Shown: piece by piece, positions 50,895 to 60,817 of the stretch | How the letters are laid out: every line of letters starts with the position of its first letter | Position numbering within the stretch: the stretch's first letter is position 1 | NCBI GenBank assembly: GCA_964473825.1 | Contig: CAYYQL010000002.1 | Location: forward strand, 128,001-192,000 | Direction of reading: 5' to 3' | Length of the DNA: 64,000 nucleotides | Origin: an uncultured archaeon | GTDB lineage: Archaea; Asgardarchaeota; Thorarchaeia; Thorarchaeales; Thorarchaeaceae | Translations under genes and position numbers: made by a program | Notes under the pieces: model-generated | Databases searched by the model: none | Seen by the model: only the letters and a program-made list of their open reading frames with translations | Told to the model about the DNA's origin: nothing

Positions 50895-51654
50895 TTCTCT
50901 TACTCCTTGCTTCGTCAGGAATGAAAAGGTGAATTGGAACACCCCGTAGCAGGGGGCCTATCTCAGTGATAATGCCGGTTGCATTTGTAGTTCTCTTACA
51001 TACCAGACAATACTCGTGGCGTCCTAGATCTTCGATTTGATAGATATCATCTTGATGGCCAGATTGCTGCAGAGCACCATGAATCATTGCTAGACTGGAA
51101 CCGAGAACTAGCAGTCTATCGTGATCATCAGAAAGCCAGGAGTTGAATCTCTCGATTGTGGAGTCAGCAAGAGTTGCCTCCAGTGTTCTATCATGGGGGT
51201 TCTTATCAGCGATGATGATTCTAACAGGGAGATGCTCAACCAATGTCAGAGCGTCGGCAATACCCCTCACAGAAGCTCTCTCCATATTGATCTGACCGCG
51301 TAGTCGATGTAGAGGCACGAGGGCATCGATGAAAGCCGGTGTGATGACTCCAATGTCTACGTAGACTCCATAGCCTACATGACCAATGTCGATGAGTTGA
51401 CCGGTGTATTCGCTTCCAATCTCAATCTCATCGAAAGTGTGAGTCTGGCCATATTCCATCTCTAGTACATTCTTTAGGAACTCTTTGTCCTCCCCAATAG
51501 TCTGACATGTCAGATGACCTCGTTCGTCAGAACCGACATTTTGTATCCGGACCTGAAGGCTCTGTGTTTTATCCTCAAGGTCGGCCCTGAAGTTGGAGAG
51601 AAGCCGATTCCTGTATGCGCCATAGATCTTTGTGAAAAGAACCAGTTCTTTCAA
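50881..51654 (-). CDS. DUF2110-like conserved archaeal protein
   Basis: VGYGVYVDIG OB-like motif; usual neighbour of tfe. Confidence 0.75.
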   Translation of the reverse strand: MKELVLFTKIYGAYRNRLLSNFRADLEDKTQSLQVRIQNVGSDERGHLTCQTIGEDKEFLKNVLEMEYGQTHTFDEIEIGSEYTGQLIDIGHVGYGVYVDIGVITPAFIDALVPLHRLRGQINMERASVRGIADALTLVEHLPVRIIIADKNPHDRTLEATLADSTIERFNSWLSDDHDRLLVLGSSLAMIHGALQQSGHQDDIYQIEDLGRHEYCLVCKRTTNATGIITEIGPLLRGVPIHLFIPDEARSKRNDKA

Positions 51655-51729
51655 GTAGATACCTCAGTAGTTTTTTCATGTACATGAAATGCGTTCATTT
51701 TCAGACAGAATACAATGAGAATGCTAGTT

Positions 51730-52257
51730 TCAAGTCGTACTTGTGGCCTCAAGGTCGGCTTTCAGCTCTTCTACTCGCTTGCGAAGAAAACTTATCGCCT
51801 TCTCGTTGTCAACGTATTCAAGTTGTCCATTACAGACAGGACATCTGAATGAAAGATTCATCGCCTCTTCAAAGGGTACAGGAGATGAGTCTCTATTCAC
51901 GCATGCATATAGGTCATTATTGGTTTCGTGCTCCAATCGCTGTTCAAGAAGATTCAGTACCATTCGTTTCTTCCTATTTACTAGAGCTTGTGCTTTGTTT
52001 GGATCGATTTTCCAGAAATAAAGAAACCACCCGGTATCGGTATCTCTTATTCTACGATATGATGCAAGGTGATTGTCATGAAGCTTGTACAGGATTCGAC
52101 GTACGACATTCAATTTGAGGTCGGTCTTCGTTGCGATTTCTTCATCAGTTGTTTCGTCAGAGTTGACAAGTACTGTGGCGACTTCAACGCCTTCCTTGCC
52201 GGCTATCTCCTCGACTACTAGTCTGAATAGGTCATTGTTGAAGCTGGGATGTGCCAT
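51730..52257 (-). CDS. tfe: Transcription factor E alpha
   Basis: TDEEIA..LNVVRRILYKL..TGWFLYFW; FRCPVC. Confidence 0.96.
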   Translation of the reverse strand: MAHPSFNNDLFRLVVEEIAGKEGVEVATVLVNSDETTDEEIATKTDLKLNVVRRILYKLHDNHLASYRRIRDTDTGWFLYFWKIDPNKAQALVNRKKRMVLNLLEQRLEHETNNDLYACVNRDSSPVPFEEAMNLSFRCPVCNGQLEYVDNEKAISFLRKRVEELKADLEATSTT

Positions 52258-52445
52258 CTAGGTAATCACCTTAGTACGTGTCTGTTGGCCAGTTGACTAG
52301 ACATTGATGATATCCAAAATTGCCAAGCAGAGATTTGCACCAATTATATTATTAGATTGAATACTATATAAGAGCTCTGACCTGATGATGCTTTCCTCAG
52401 ACGATGAGTCTTGATATTGTGACCTTTTCGGGAGAAGTGGTTCTA

Positions 52446-53021
52446 CTAATTCCCCTTTTGTGATTTCTTTCTCTTCACCTTTACAACATCACCCAAAGTA
52501 GTGCCCTTGTAGGAATCCTTCTTGTACGTCTTGACTGGAACTGCTGTAATAGGTTCTAGAAGAGAGAGATCCAGCTCTCGTTCTAGACCTCGAATTGCTT
52601 TCTTTGTCGGTTTGAGCCGTCCAGATTCTATGGACTGCAAGGTCGTGATTCTTTCGCCTATCTTCTGTGCCAACTCATCCTGACTCAGTTTCGCTCGTTG
52701 TCGAGCAGTACGAATCTTCTTAGCATAGTCTTCCACAAGAATCATGTCATCTAGAGTAACGCCCCGAGAGTGGTTCTTCTTCGTTCTGTTGCGCTTCACA
52801 GGTGCATGAGTTGTCTGTGTGGAGGAAGGACTCCGACCCCGACTTCCTGACCAAGCGGGGCGGCCACTGGATCTTGTTGATGAAGTCGAGCTGTGTGGGC
52901 TCTTGGTAGCTCCACCGAATTTCATGGCACATTCGTAACAGACGAGCATCTCGGCGCCTTCAATCTTAACTTGACGACCTCTGCTTTTCATCTGTCTGCC
53001 ACATAGCTCACAACTGGGCAT
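52446..53021 (-). CDS. mbf1: Archaeal MBF1 (Zn ribbon plus HTH)
   Basis: CELCG..IEGAEMLVCYEC; LVEDY..IRTAR..LSQDELA; TLGD. Confidence 0.93.
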   Translation of the reverse strand: MPSCELCGRQMKSRGRQVKIEGAEMLVCYECAMKFGGATKSPHSSTSSTRSSGRPAWSGSRGRSPSSTQTTHAPVKRNRTKKNHSRGVTLDDMILVEDYAKKIRTARQRAKLSQDELAQKIGERITTLQSIESGRLKPTKKAIRGLERELDLSLLEPITAVPVKTYKKDSYKGTTLGDVVKVKRKKSQKGN

Positions 53022-53366
53022 TAGATTGTCCTCTGGTAGCAGAACATCACTTCTGGAATCTTAAAAACATCTTGATTTCCTAGTCATTTTGTCAGAAAAA
53101 AGTGTCAGATATGTGTAAGATTTCCTCCTTGCTGACACGTAGTCTTGAACACTCTCAGGGGAGGGATGGAACGCAGAAGTCTCTTACAGGTGACGTTCAC
53201 TCACCAAATTGTAAGAAACGGATTATTATCAACTCACCATTAATCCTCAAAGGGTGATTCTGCAAGATATCGTATTACTGATATTACAATAGAGTAAAAT
53301 GGCGCCGTAACCCTCAAAGATAGCCTTAAAAAACTAGTAGTTGATGAGGAGTTGAGGTGCTACTGC

Positions 53367-54569
53367 ATGCCAGGTACTACCGATGCTAAGAAAGATGGAA
53401 GCCTAGATGACTCGTCGTATACACAAAGCTATACACGACACCTTGAGCGTCGACTTAGGGCATTGGAAACAGAGAAACAGATTCTACAGGCAGAGCGCAG
53501 TAGGCTTGAGAAAGAAACACAGACACTTAGAACCGAGCTCGAAAAGCTCAGACAGTCACCACTGATAACTGCAACAATAATTGACATGTTAGAAGACGGA
53601 AGAGCGATAGTGAAGAGCTCCACAGGACCGAATTTCGTTGTTCATGTCGCTTCATCAATCTCAAGAGATAAACTACGCTCCGGTATGAGAGTTGCTCTGA
53701 ATCAGAGATCGTTTTCTGTCACTCAGGAGCTTCCACCTTCGCGCGACCCGATGATTCGTGCCATGGAGATTGAGGAAGCGCCGGATGTATCATATGTGGA
53801 CATAGGTGGTCTCAGAGAGCAAATAGATGAAATCAAAGAAACAGTTGAGTTGCCGCTCTTGAAACCCCATGTTTTTGCTGAGGTGGGTGTTGAACCTCCA
53901 AAGGGTGTTCTTCTAACGGGACCTCCGGGAACCGGGAAGACGCTGTGCGCACGTGCAGTTGCCCATGAAACCAATGCCACATTTATCCGTGTTATCGGAT
54001 CTGAGTTAGTCCAGAAATTCATAGGCGAGGGAGCACGACTCGTGAGAGAAATCTTCATGTTGGCAAAGGAAAAGGCTCCCGCGATTGTCTTTGTTGACGA
54101 GCTGGACGCAGTAGGGTCTCATCGGCTAGATATTGCAACTTCAGGGGACAGGGAGGTTCAGCGAACACTCATGCAGCTTCTCAGCGAGCTGGATGGCTTT
54201 GAAGCTAGGGGGCAGGTGGCAGTTCTAGGCGCCACCAATAGACCAGATATTCTGGATCCGGCCCTGCTTAGACCAGGCCGTTTCGATAGGATAATCCAGT
54301 TCCCAAAGCCAGATAGTCATAGTCGACTTGAGATATTCAAGATTCATACACGTGGAATGAAACTAGATTCTGAATTGGACTTCGGTTTCTTGGTGTCTGC
54401 AACTGAGGGAACCACCGGGGCCGACATCAAGGCAATCTGCACGGAAGCAGGAATGTTCACAATCCGAGATAGTAGAGTCTGTGTTGGTCAGGAAGATTTT
54501 CGGAAAGCAATAAACAAAGTACAGACACGCGGTACAGGTGATCAAGCCCCTAGCGGAATCTATTGTTGA
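53367..54569 (+). CDS. pan: Proteasome-activating nucleotidase
   Basis: Coiled coil/OB, GPPGTGKT, DELD, LRPGRFDR, HbYX tail IYC. Confidence 0.97.
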   Translation: MPGTTDAKKDGSLDDSSYTQSYTRHLERRLRALETEKQILQAERSRLEKETQTLRTELEKLRQSPLITATIIDMLEDGRAIVKSSTGPNFVVHVASSISRDKLRSGMRVALNQRSFSVTQELPPSRDPMIRAMEIEEAPDVSYVDIGGLREQIDEIKETVELPLLKPHVFAEVGVEPPKGVLLTGPPGTGKTLCARAVAHETNATFIRVIGSELVQKFIGEGARLVREIFMLAKEKAPAIVFVDELDAVGSHRLDIATSGDREVQRTLMQLLSELDGFEARGQVAVLGATNRPDILDPALLRPGRFDRIIQFPKPDSHSRLEIFKIHTRGMKLDSELDFGFLVSATEGTTGADIKAICTEAGMFTIRDSRVCVGQEDFRKAINKVQTRGTGDQAPSGIYC

Positions 54570-54597
54570 ATGGAATAGTCCAGTAATTGTGAAGTGA

Positions 54598-55425
54598 ATG
54601 AGATACCGTACTTATCTTGAGCGTGAATTGAAAGGGCAAATCCCCGAAGGTGCAAGAATACCTAGAGGCTATCACCTCATAGGACATGTCATCCTACTTG
54701 AGGTTGATCTATCACTACGGGGTTTTATACAGGAAATTGCTGAGTTGAGTCTTGCTTATGAATCACGAGCCAAGAGTATTCTCGTCCGGAATGGGCCAAC
54801 TTCTGGTGAGCATAGAATACCATCATATCGATTCATAGCGGGGGATCCAAATACAGAAACGGAACATATAGAGAATGGGGTTCGATTCAGGCTGGACCCG
54901 ACCAAGGTGACCTTCTGTGGTGGAAATCGAGCTGAACGAATACGTATGGGGTCTAGCGTTCACGAGAATGAACGGATTGTTGATATGTTCGCTTGTGTGG
55001 GACAGTTTGGAATTCATTTTGCCAAGACGGGAGGAGCAGAAGTTACGTGTATAGAGATTAATCCTGAAGCATTTCGGTATTTGGAGAAGAACATTGTGCT
55101 TAATGGAGTAGAGAACAGAGTTCGGGGCATCTTAGGAGATTGTAGAGAAAAGGTACCAAGAGAATGGGCTGATAGGATTGTCATGGGGTATCTAGACAAT
55201 ACTTGTGACTACTTGCCGTATGCTTTCAAAGCGTTGAAAGCTGGTGGCGGGGTTGTCCATATGCATATTTCGGCACCACTGCACGAGAGAGATTCTATTG
55301 GGAGGACCATAGGTTCGATAGGACTAGCAGCTGGCTTCTCAATATCTTATAATGTACGAGAAATCAAGAGCTACGCACCGGGTATCGTACATCTGGTGTA
55401 TGATGTTGACGCAATTCCATCCTAG
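54598..55425 (+). CDS. Trm5/Taw2-family SAM-dependent tRNA-modifying enzyme
   Basis: HIENG, DMFACVGQF, EINP, ADRIVMGY, IKSYAPG. Confidence 0.88.
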   Translation: MRYRTYLERELKGQIPEGARIPRGYHLIGHVILLEVDLSLRGFIQEIAELSLAYESRAKSILVRNGPTSGEHRIPSYRFIAGDPNTETEHIENGVRFRLDPTKVTFCGGNRAERIRMGSSVHENERIVDMFACVGQFGIHFAKTGGAEVTCIEINPEAFRYLEKNIVLNGVENRVRGILGDCREKVPREWADRIVMGYLDNTCDYLPYAFKALKAGGGVVHMHISAPLHERDSIGRTIGSIGLAAGFSISYNVREIKSYAPGIVHLVYDVDAIPS

Positions 55426-55506
55426 ATGCAGTATAACGTAATCGTTTTATCATCACAACTGGGAGCTAGCTACTAGAAGTAAACCGGTTATGACGAGGAA
55501 TTCAGA

Positions 55507-55890
55507 ATGGGATTCAGAGGAGTGTCACCAAAGCAGCTTGCACGAATGATGAAGAAGATGGGTATTGAACAGAAGGAGGTGCCCGGTGCCAAAGAAGTGA
55601 TTATTCGATTTGAGGACAAGGAATGGGTGATAAACAGTCCACAGGTGACTATGGTCAAACAAGGGGGTTCCGAGACCTATCAGATTGGAGGAGATCGCTC
55701 CGAACGAGGTCTTACAACAGGAAGTGCTCCTGAGAAACGTGAGGAATCGAAAGAGCAGGAGATTGAAATCCCAATGGAAGATGCAGCTCTTGTGGCTAGT
55801 CAAGCTGGCGTCGATGTGGAACGAGCAAAAGAGGCTCTGAAAGAAACAAAGGGCGATCTTGCAGCTGCAATTCTTAGACTAAAATCGTAA
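55507..55890 (+). CDS. nac: Nascent polypeptide-associated complex protein
   Basis: MMKKMGI..EVII; UBA-like LVASQAGV..GDLAAAIL. Confidence 0.93.
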   Translation: MGFRGVSPKQLARMMKKMGIEQKEVPGAKEVIIRFEDKEWVINSPQVTMVKQGGSETYQIGGDRSERGLTTGSAPEKREESKEQEIEIPMEDAALVASQAGVDVERAKEALKETKGDLAAAILRLKS

Positions 55891-56163
55891 TATTGGTATT
55901 ACAATTCAAGCATATCTTGGATTTGGTGATAATTCCGTTGATGGTTACATCAGCTCTAAGATTTAGGACTCGCCGTGCTTTTCGGCAATCTTCAGTTCGG
56001 TCTTGAAACCAGAAACATTGCATGTGCTGTTGTTGTAACATAGGGGTGTCATTCATTCGATTTGTGAATGGATTGAAGCATTAATCATAGCTGCTATGTG
56101 GCTCCGGCAACCCTGAGATGTCCATCTTCGTCCAAGTATTCTATAGTTGCTGGTGTGCCCTGA

Positions 56164-56442
56164 CTATGCGAAAGTGTATGCAAGTGCAGATACTAGAATC
56201 ATGAAGATACAGACAAGAATCCATTGTCTTAGGTACCTCTTGGTAAGTTTTGGACGCTCATTGATTTGACCAGTCACTATTAGAGTCATTGCGGAGATGA
56301 AGAGAAAAGCAAAAGGCAATGACACCGAGCTCGTGCTGAGTGGGGTATCAGTTATCACTATTATTGCAGCAAGACCACCAAAGATGAGAAAGGAGATGAT
56401 CATCAGCGAGTTTAGTACGTGTCGGACCCTATCAGTATTCAT
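56164..56442 (-). CDS. Small 3-TM membrane protein
   Basis: Three hydrophobic segments. Confidence 0.7.
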   Translation of the reverse strand: MNTDRVRHVLNSLMIISFLIFGGLAAIIVITDTPLSTSSVSLPFAFLFISAMTLIVTGQINERPKLTKRYLRQWILVCIFMILVSALAYTFA

Positions 56443-56661
56443 TTTATCTGGCTCCGTGAATTCTGGCCAGGTGTTTCAGGAATCGGACACTAGAAAAAGA
56501 TTGTGTAATCTGCTCGTTTGCTTGCAGGTCCCTTGAGAAAGGATCGGGATTTGTAGAGTGTGTTTATGAGGGAATGTAGCCGCATTGCTTATAACACAAT
56601 GTTGTATTACAAGAACTACTCTTGATACAGTATGTTAGTTTCGACTTCAGAGGTCTAGAAC

Positions 56662-57636
56662 ATGACAATTGCAATTCACGAGTCGGCTCTGATCCGGCAC
56701 TTCAATACGCGCAAAGAAACTCTTCGTATGTGGGAAGAGAAGATCGGCTGTAGGTTCTCTCCCTTCCGTGGATTCAAGATGCCAGATAGCCGGTTGTACG
56801 TTGAACATCCCGATTTCTTAGATGCAATAGTTGACTTAGTCTTGACAAATGAGAGACATATATTTCTCCGTGGAGCTGTTGGTTCGGGCAAGAGCACACT
56901 GATGCTTTTAGCCTTGCGAGACCTACCAACACTTGCTGATAGAAGAGGTAACAAGTTCGTCACTGGATATGTGGGCATGACAGGACTTTATGAGAAACAG
57001 ATGGCTGCGGCAATCGCTGATTCTTTGCGTATCAAGTATCGACGTTCTTGGGAGTCTAGTCAGATAATCGAGGCAGTAGCAGAAGAGTGTCTCAGACGAT
57101 ACGTAGAGGAAAACAGTAGAACCGCACTGTTCATTGAAGATGTTGCTGATAACCAGGAAGCAGCATTTCACAAACTGCGATTCCTCGCAGACTTGCCTAC
57201 TGAGGAGATGGTTGAGGAACATCCTGAACCATTGGATGAGCCTATTGTCACTCTGATTATGTCAGGTACAGCCGAATACTGGAATGCTATGCTGAACTTT
57301 CTCCCCCAAATAGCAGATAGGACCGAACCATTGGATGTGCCACCTTTGGAAGATGCCAAGGCAAAGGAATTCATTGGTAGAAGAATTGCTTATGCGCGGG
57401 GGAACATAGATGAATTTGACAAGAACGATTTTGACATCAGCCCATTCAGTGAGGAGGCAATCGAGATAATCAATGATGCAGCTGGCGGTAACCCGCGGGA
57501 TATACGGATGCTTGCTAGAGGCTGTCAGCAAGTTGCCGCAGAGAATTTCAAACAACGAGGCGATCCAACAGTTGGCCGGGAGATAGCCAGTCTTGTTGCT
57601 GATGCTTATGATACCATACTCAGAGAGGTGCGCTAA
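56662..57636 (+). CDS. AAA+ ATPase (ExeA/TnsC/Cdc6-like core, no winged helix)
   Basis: Walker A GAVGSGKS, deviant Walker B LFIED, IMSGT, QIADR arginine finger, GGNPRDI. Confidence 0.88.
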   Translation: MTIAIHESALIRHFNTRKETLRMWEEKIGCRFSPFRGFKMPDSRLYVEHPDFLDAIVDLVLTNERHIFLRGAVGSGKSTLMLLALRDLPTLADRRGNKFVTGYVGMTGLYEKQMAAAIADSLRIKYRRSWESSQIIEAVAEECLRRYVEENSRTALFIEDVADNQEAAFHKLRFLADLPTEEMVEEHPEPLDEPIVTLIMSGTAEYWNAMLNFLPQIADRTEPLDVPPLEDAKAKEFIGRRIAYARGNIDEFDKNDFDISPFSEEAIEIINDAAGGNPRDIRMLARGCQQVAAENFKQRGDPTVGREIASLVADAYDTILREVR

Positions 57637-57927
57637 GTGAGTCTACTAGGAAAATACAGAAAGGAATCTGAGAAGGAGGAAAGCGAAGCTGCTTCTGATA
57701 CCACTACAAGGGTTCGTAAGGAAGAAGAAACACGGGAATCGGTTCCGAACAAAGAACGGAAGAGTCCTATTGTCTCTTTTTCGATTGATGCAGATCTTAG
57801 AGAGTGCCTACAAGCTATCAGGAAGGCAAAAGCAATCAATCTGAGTATGTGGGTTGAGAAGAAGTTGAAAGCTGCAGTCTTCAGCGAGTTCCCACGAATA
57901 GCTGAGCAGTTCTTGGAATCTACCTGA
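57637..57927 (+). CDS. Putative ribbon-helix-helix DNA-binding protein with disordered N-terminus
   Basis: IVSFSID strand, helix ADLRECLQAIRKAK, INLSMWVEKKL; GAGGTG SD; starts immediately after the ATPase stop. Confidence 0.78.
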   Translation: MSLLGKYRKESEKEESEAASDTTTRVRKEEETRESVPNKERKSPIVSFSIDADLRECLQAIRKAKAINLSMWVEKKLKAAVFSEFPRIAEQFLEST

Positions 57928-58060
57928 TTATGTAGCACATTGACCTTCCCGATTGCCTTCTCGAGAGAGTTGTTAAGGCATCCGGCTAGAGTACTGCTCA
58001 ATTGGGAACCTCTGATTAGTAGATTCACTGTAACTCAGATATGTAATAACCGTAATACAG

Positions 58061-59434
58061 TTATTTCTTGGTGGCCTTGTGCATCTCGGCAAATTGGGTG
58101 ATACGATCCATACAGAGAATAGCGGTGGATGGATCATCATAACATGGGATTCTGTTCATCTCAAGCAAATCCTTACCCGGTTTTCCAACATCGCCAGCAA
58201 GCCAGACACCCACAACAGGTTTGTTGGTTCTAGATGTCCTTACACCCTCTAAGGTGCCAGCCGCGTGTTCGGTCTGTGTCATCCCTGCAAATGTAGGGAC
58301 ACCGCAGAGCACAAGAAGCATGTCGATGCTTGGATCGCGCAGCATAAGTTCGGTGGCCACTCTGTATTCTCTTCTCCCACCACTTGCCACTACATCTACA
58401 GGATTGTCAGTCGCTGCCATAGGTGGCAGGACTTCGTATAGTCTATCGCGAGTTTCTGAAGAAAGATGTGGAATCTCTAGCCTGTATCGTGAGGCTTCAT
58501 CTGTGGCCAAGACCCCTGCGCCTCCTGTATTACTAATAATACCAATATTACGACCCATCGGAAGTGGTTGGTAATCAAAGAGCTTCGCGATTTCGAATAG
58601 AGTATCTAGAGTGGGAGCTGTTACACAGCCAGCCTGACGGATTGCCGCCCCGAAGACCTTGGAAGAGCCAGCAAGAGATCCTGTGTGGGATTTCGTAGCC
58701 CGTGCGCCAGCTTTACTCGTGCCACCTTTCAGGACAACAACTGGTTTCCTTTCGGAAGCTCGCTTCAATGCTTGGTATAGCGCACGTCCTTTCTCAACTC
58801 CTTCGACATAGACAGTTATCACTGTGGTCTTTGAGTCATTGCGCAAGTAGTCAAGTAGTTCCACAAAACCGACATCAGCTGCGTTGCCTATGCTTGCAAA
58901 CTTGCTCATGCCAATTCTTTTTGCACGAGTTGTGTAGATTATCATTCCTCCGAGAGCACCACTCTGCGAAATCAGGGCTATATTACCTCGTTCAGGCATC
59001 ATCGTGAATGTGCCGTTGAAGAGACGGCTGTTTGAAACTCCGACACAATTAGGTCCAATTATTCTGACATCTGATTCCTTCGCGGCTTTGACTAGCTTGT
59101 TCTCAAGGATTGCCCCTTCTTCGCCTACTTCACTGAATCCACCAGATATTATCACTGCGTTCCTAGCTCCTGTTTCACGGATGTCCTTCATCAGTGATGG
59201 ACAGTATTTCGCAGCGATAGCTACAATGACCAGATCAACAGGTTCTGGAATCTCTTTGAGACTCTCGTAGGCCTTCACTCCCATGACCTGTTCTCGACTC
59301 CGCGTTACTGGATAACTGTCTAGTTCAGAAGCAAGGAGATTCATAAGCAGAGAATTTCCCAGTTTCCGGTAATCGGCAGAGGCCCCGACTAGAGCGACTC
59401 TTCTTGGATTGAAGAAGGGGTCAATGTCTGACAT
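58061..59434 (-). CDS. ADP-forming acyl/acetyl-CoA synthetase alpha subunit
   Basis: FFNPRRVALVGAS, IIGPNC, SQSGA, SHTGSLAG, DNPVD. Confidence 0.93.
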   Translation of the reverse strand: MSDIDPFFNPRRVALVGASADYRKLGNSLLMNLLASELDSYPVTRSREQVMGVKAYESLKEIPEPVDLVIVAIAAKYCPSLMKDIRETGARNAVIISGGFSEVGEEGAILENKLVKAAKESDVRIIGPNCVGVSNSRLFNGTFTMMPERGNIALISQSGALGGMIIYTTRAKRIGMSKFASIGNAADVGFVELLDYLRNDSKTTVITVYVEGVEKGRALYQALKRASERKPVVVLKGGTSKAGARATKSHTGSLAGSSKVFGAAIRQAGCVTAPTLDTLFEIAKLFDYQPLPMGRNIGIISNTGGAGVLATDEASRYRLEIPHLSSETRDRLYEVLPPMAATDNPVDVVASGGRREYRVATELMLRDPSIDMLLVLCGVPTFAGMTQTEHAAGTLEGVRTSRTNKPVVGVWLAGDVGKPGKDLLEMNRIPCYDDPSTAILCMDRITQFAEMHKATKK

Positions 59435-59843
59435 ATTGGGATGGCACAATTGTGTTTGATTTATGTCTGTCGTAGGTTGGCCACCTTTGAAGTTCAATTC
59501 TCAAATCCGACCGATAAGATGTGAAGATGCAAGATGTTGTAATACTATTATTATGACTAATAGAGTCGTAGGGAGGGAGAGATCGGTACTGTCTTTTTTC
59601 CTCCACGTATACACCCATGATGCGATTTCGTTCTTCCGTGAAATAACGGAGGATATTCGCCAATGTCATGACAATCCTTTTCAGCATTTAACGGTCAGTC
59701 GTATACAAAATTGTATCCGCTGAAACGAACAGAAATAGAGTAAGTTGAAGGAGCCCTCATAACTCTTTATTTATAGTTTGAAGAGTTATGGGCTCTGTTA
59801 CGAAATGCCTCTATTAGAGGTAACATGATTCATAGGTGGAAGA

Positions 59844-60395
59844 TTGAAAATGACCGGTTCTGACCAGAAACGAAGTAGTACAAAAGCTGTTGCATCAAAT
59901 GTGAAGAAGACTTTGAAGGAGCCTATACTACAAGGGCTACTTGACCGGAGTGGCTTGACCGAAGTGCAGCTAGAAACCCTATTGATTGATCTGGTCATAG
60001 AAGATCTGATTGATGGCAGTGTGCCCTATGAGAAGAAGGCATCTCTAAGGTCTCGAGAAGGCAGTAGATCACTGGGAGTGAGTCGGGGGGCATTCAATCG
60101 TACTTTGCACCAAGCGCGGCGGAATGTAACCAAGGCAGTGCATACTATGCTTCTTCTTGCCTATCTTGATTTATTCGATCTGAATATCTTTCGTCCTTTC
60201 GAAGAAGTTGCAGGGGAAATCCGGAAATATCGAAACATCAGAGATGTGTTAGCTGGCAGAGCAGAGCTCTCAGCCGAGGATTTAGAGAGTTATCGTACAG
60301 CAGAAAGAGCAATCATAAGCGCTGTTGATGACCTTACATCTCCGCTCATTTTGAAATCTGAGAATTCGAAAAAACAGGCAGGCTTCGGACGTTAA
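59844..60395 (+). CDS. Hypothetical HTH-type DNA-binding protein
   Basis: LTEVQLETL...GVSRGAFNRTLHQARRN resembles a sigma-r4/LuxR-like HTH. Confidence 0.7.
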   Translation: MKMTGSDQKRSSTKAVASNVKKTLKEPILQGLLDRSGLTEVQLETLLIDLVIEDLIDGSVPYEKKASLRSREGSRSLGVSRGAFNRTLHQARRNVTKAVHTMLLLAYLDLFDLNIFRPFEEVAGEIRKYRNIRDVLAGRAELSAEDLESYRTAERAIISAVDDLTSPLILKSENSKKQAGFGR

Positions 60396-60817
60396 GGTAT
60401 GTAATATTTGTAATACTGTCATCTTGGGTTTGAATAGAGAGCATCAGTCAAGAACTAAAAAAGAAAAATGGCACGAGTGTGCCGCGCTGAAGCAATCAGG
60501 CATGTTCCAACCGTTGCTACGGAATCATCTTGGAGGTTTGTGTTTGAGGAGATAGAGATGCCGTAACTGACGATTGAAGATCCGGGAAGGACCTAGCCGT
60601 CATTATCTCTATCAACACGACACACTCACTATTATTGTGGGATACGGGTATACATAGTTCTAATCCTAGAACGAGGATTTTCCGCTTGGATTTGTGCGAC
60701 TTTCTGTCTTTGGCATTCCAGTTTCTCCGCATAATACTTGTAATACAGTATCGTGATAGAGAAGAATCCTTATTCGCAAGATGTTAGGACTGTTTGAGCG
60801 GCACAATCGCGTCTTAG

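Noticed and set aside
57637-57927. Antitoxin of a toxin-antitoxin pair
   Set aside because: No PIN/RelE/MazF toxin adjacent; the RHH is C-terminal and the gene is downstream of an ATPase
59435-59843. Classical ORB-type replication origin
   Set aside because: AT-rich, but no ORB consensus with G-string and no cdc6 with a winged helix in the window
55874-60732. Short tracked ORFs 55874-56056, 59463-59723 and 60517-60732
   Set aside because: No recognisable motifs or convincing start signals; cannot be supported, though not excluded
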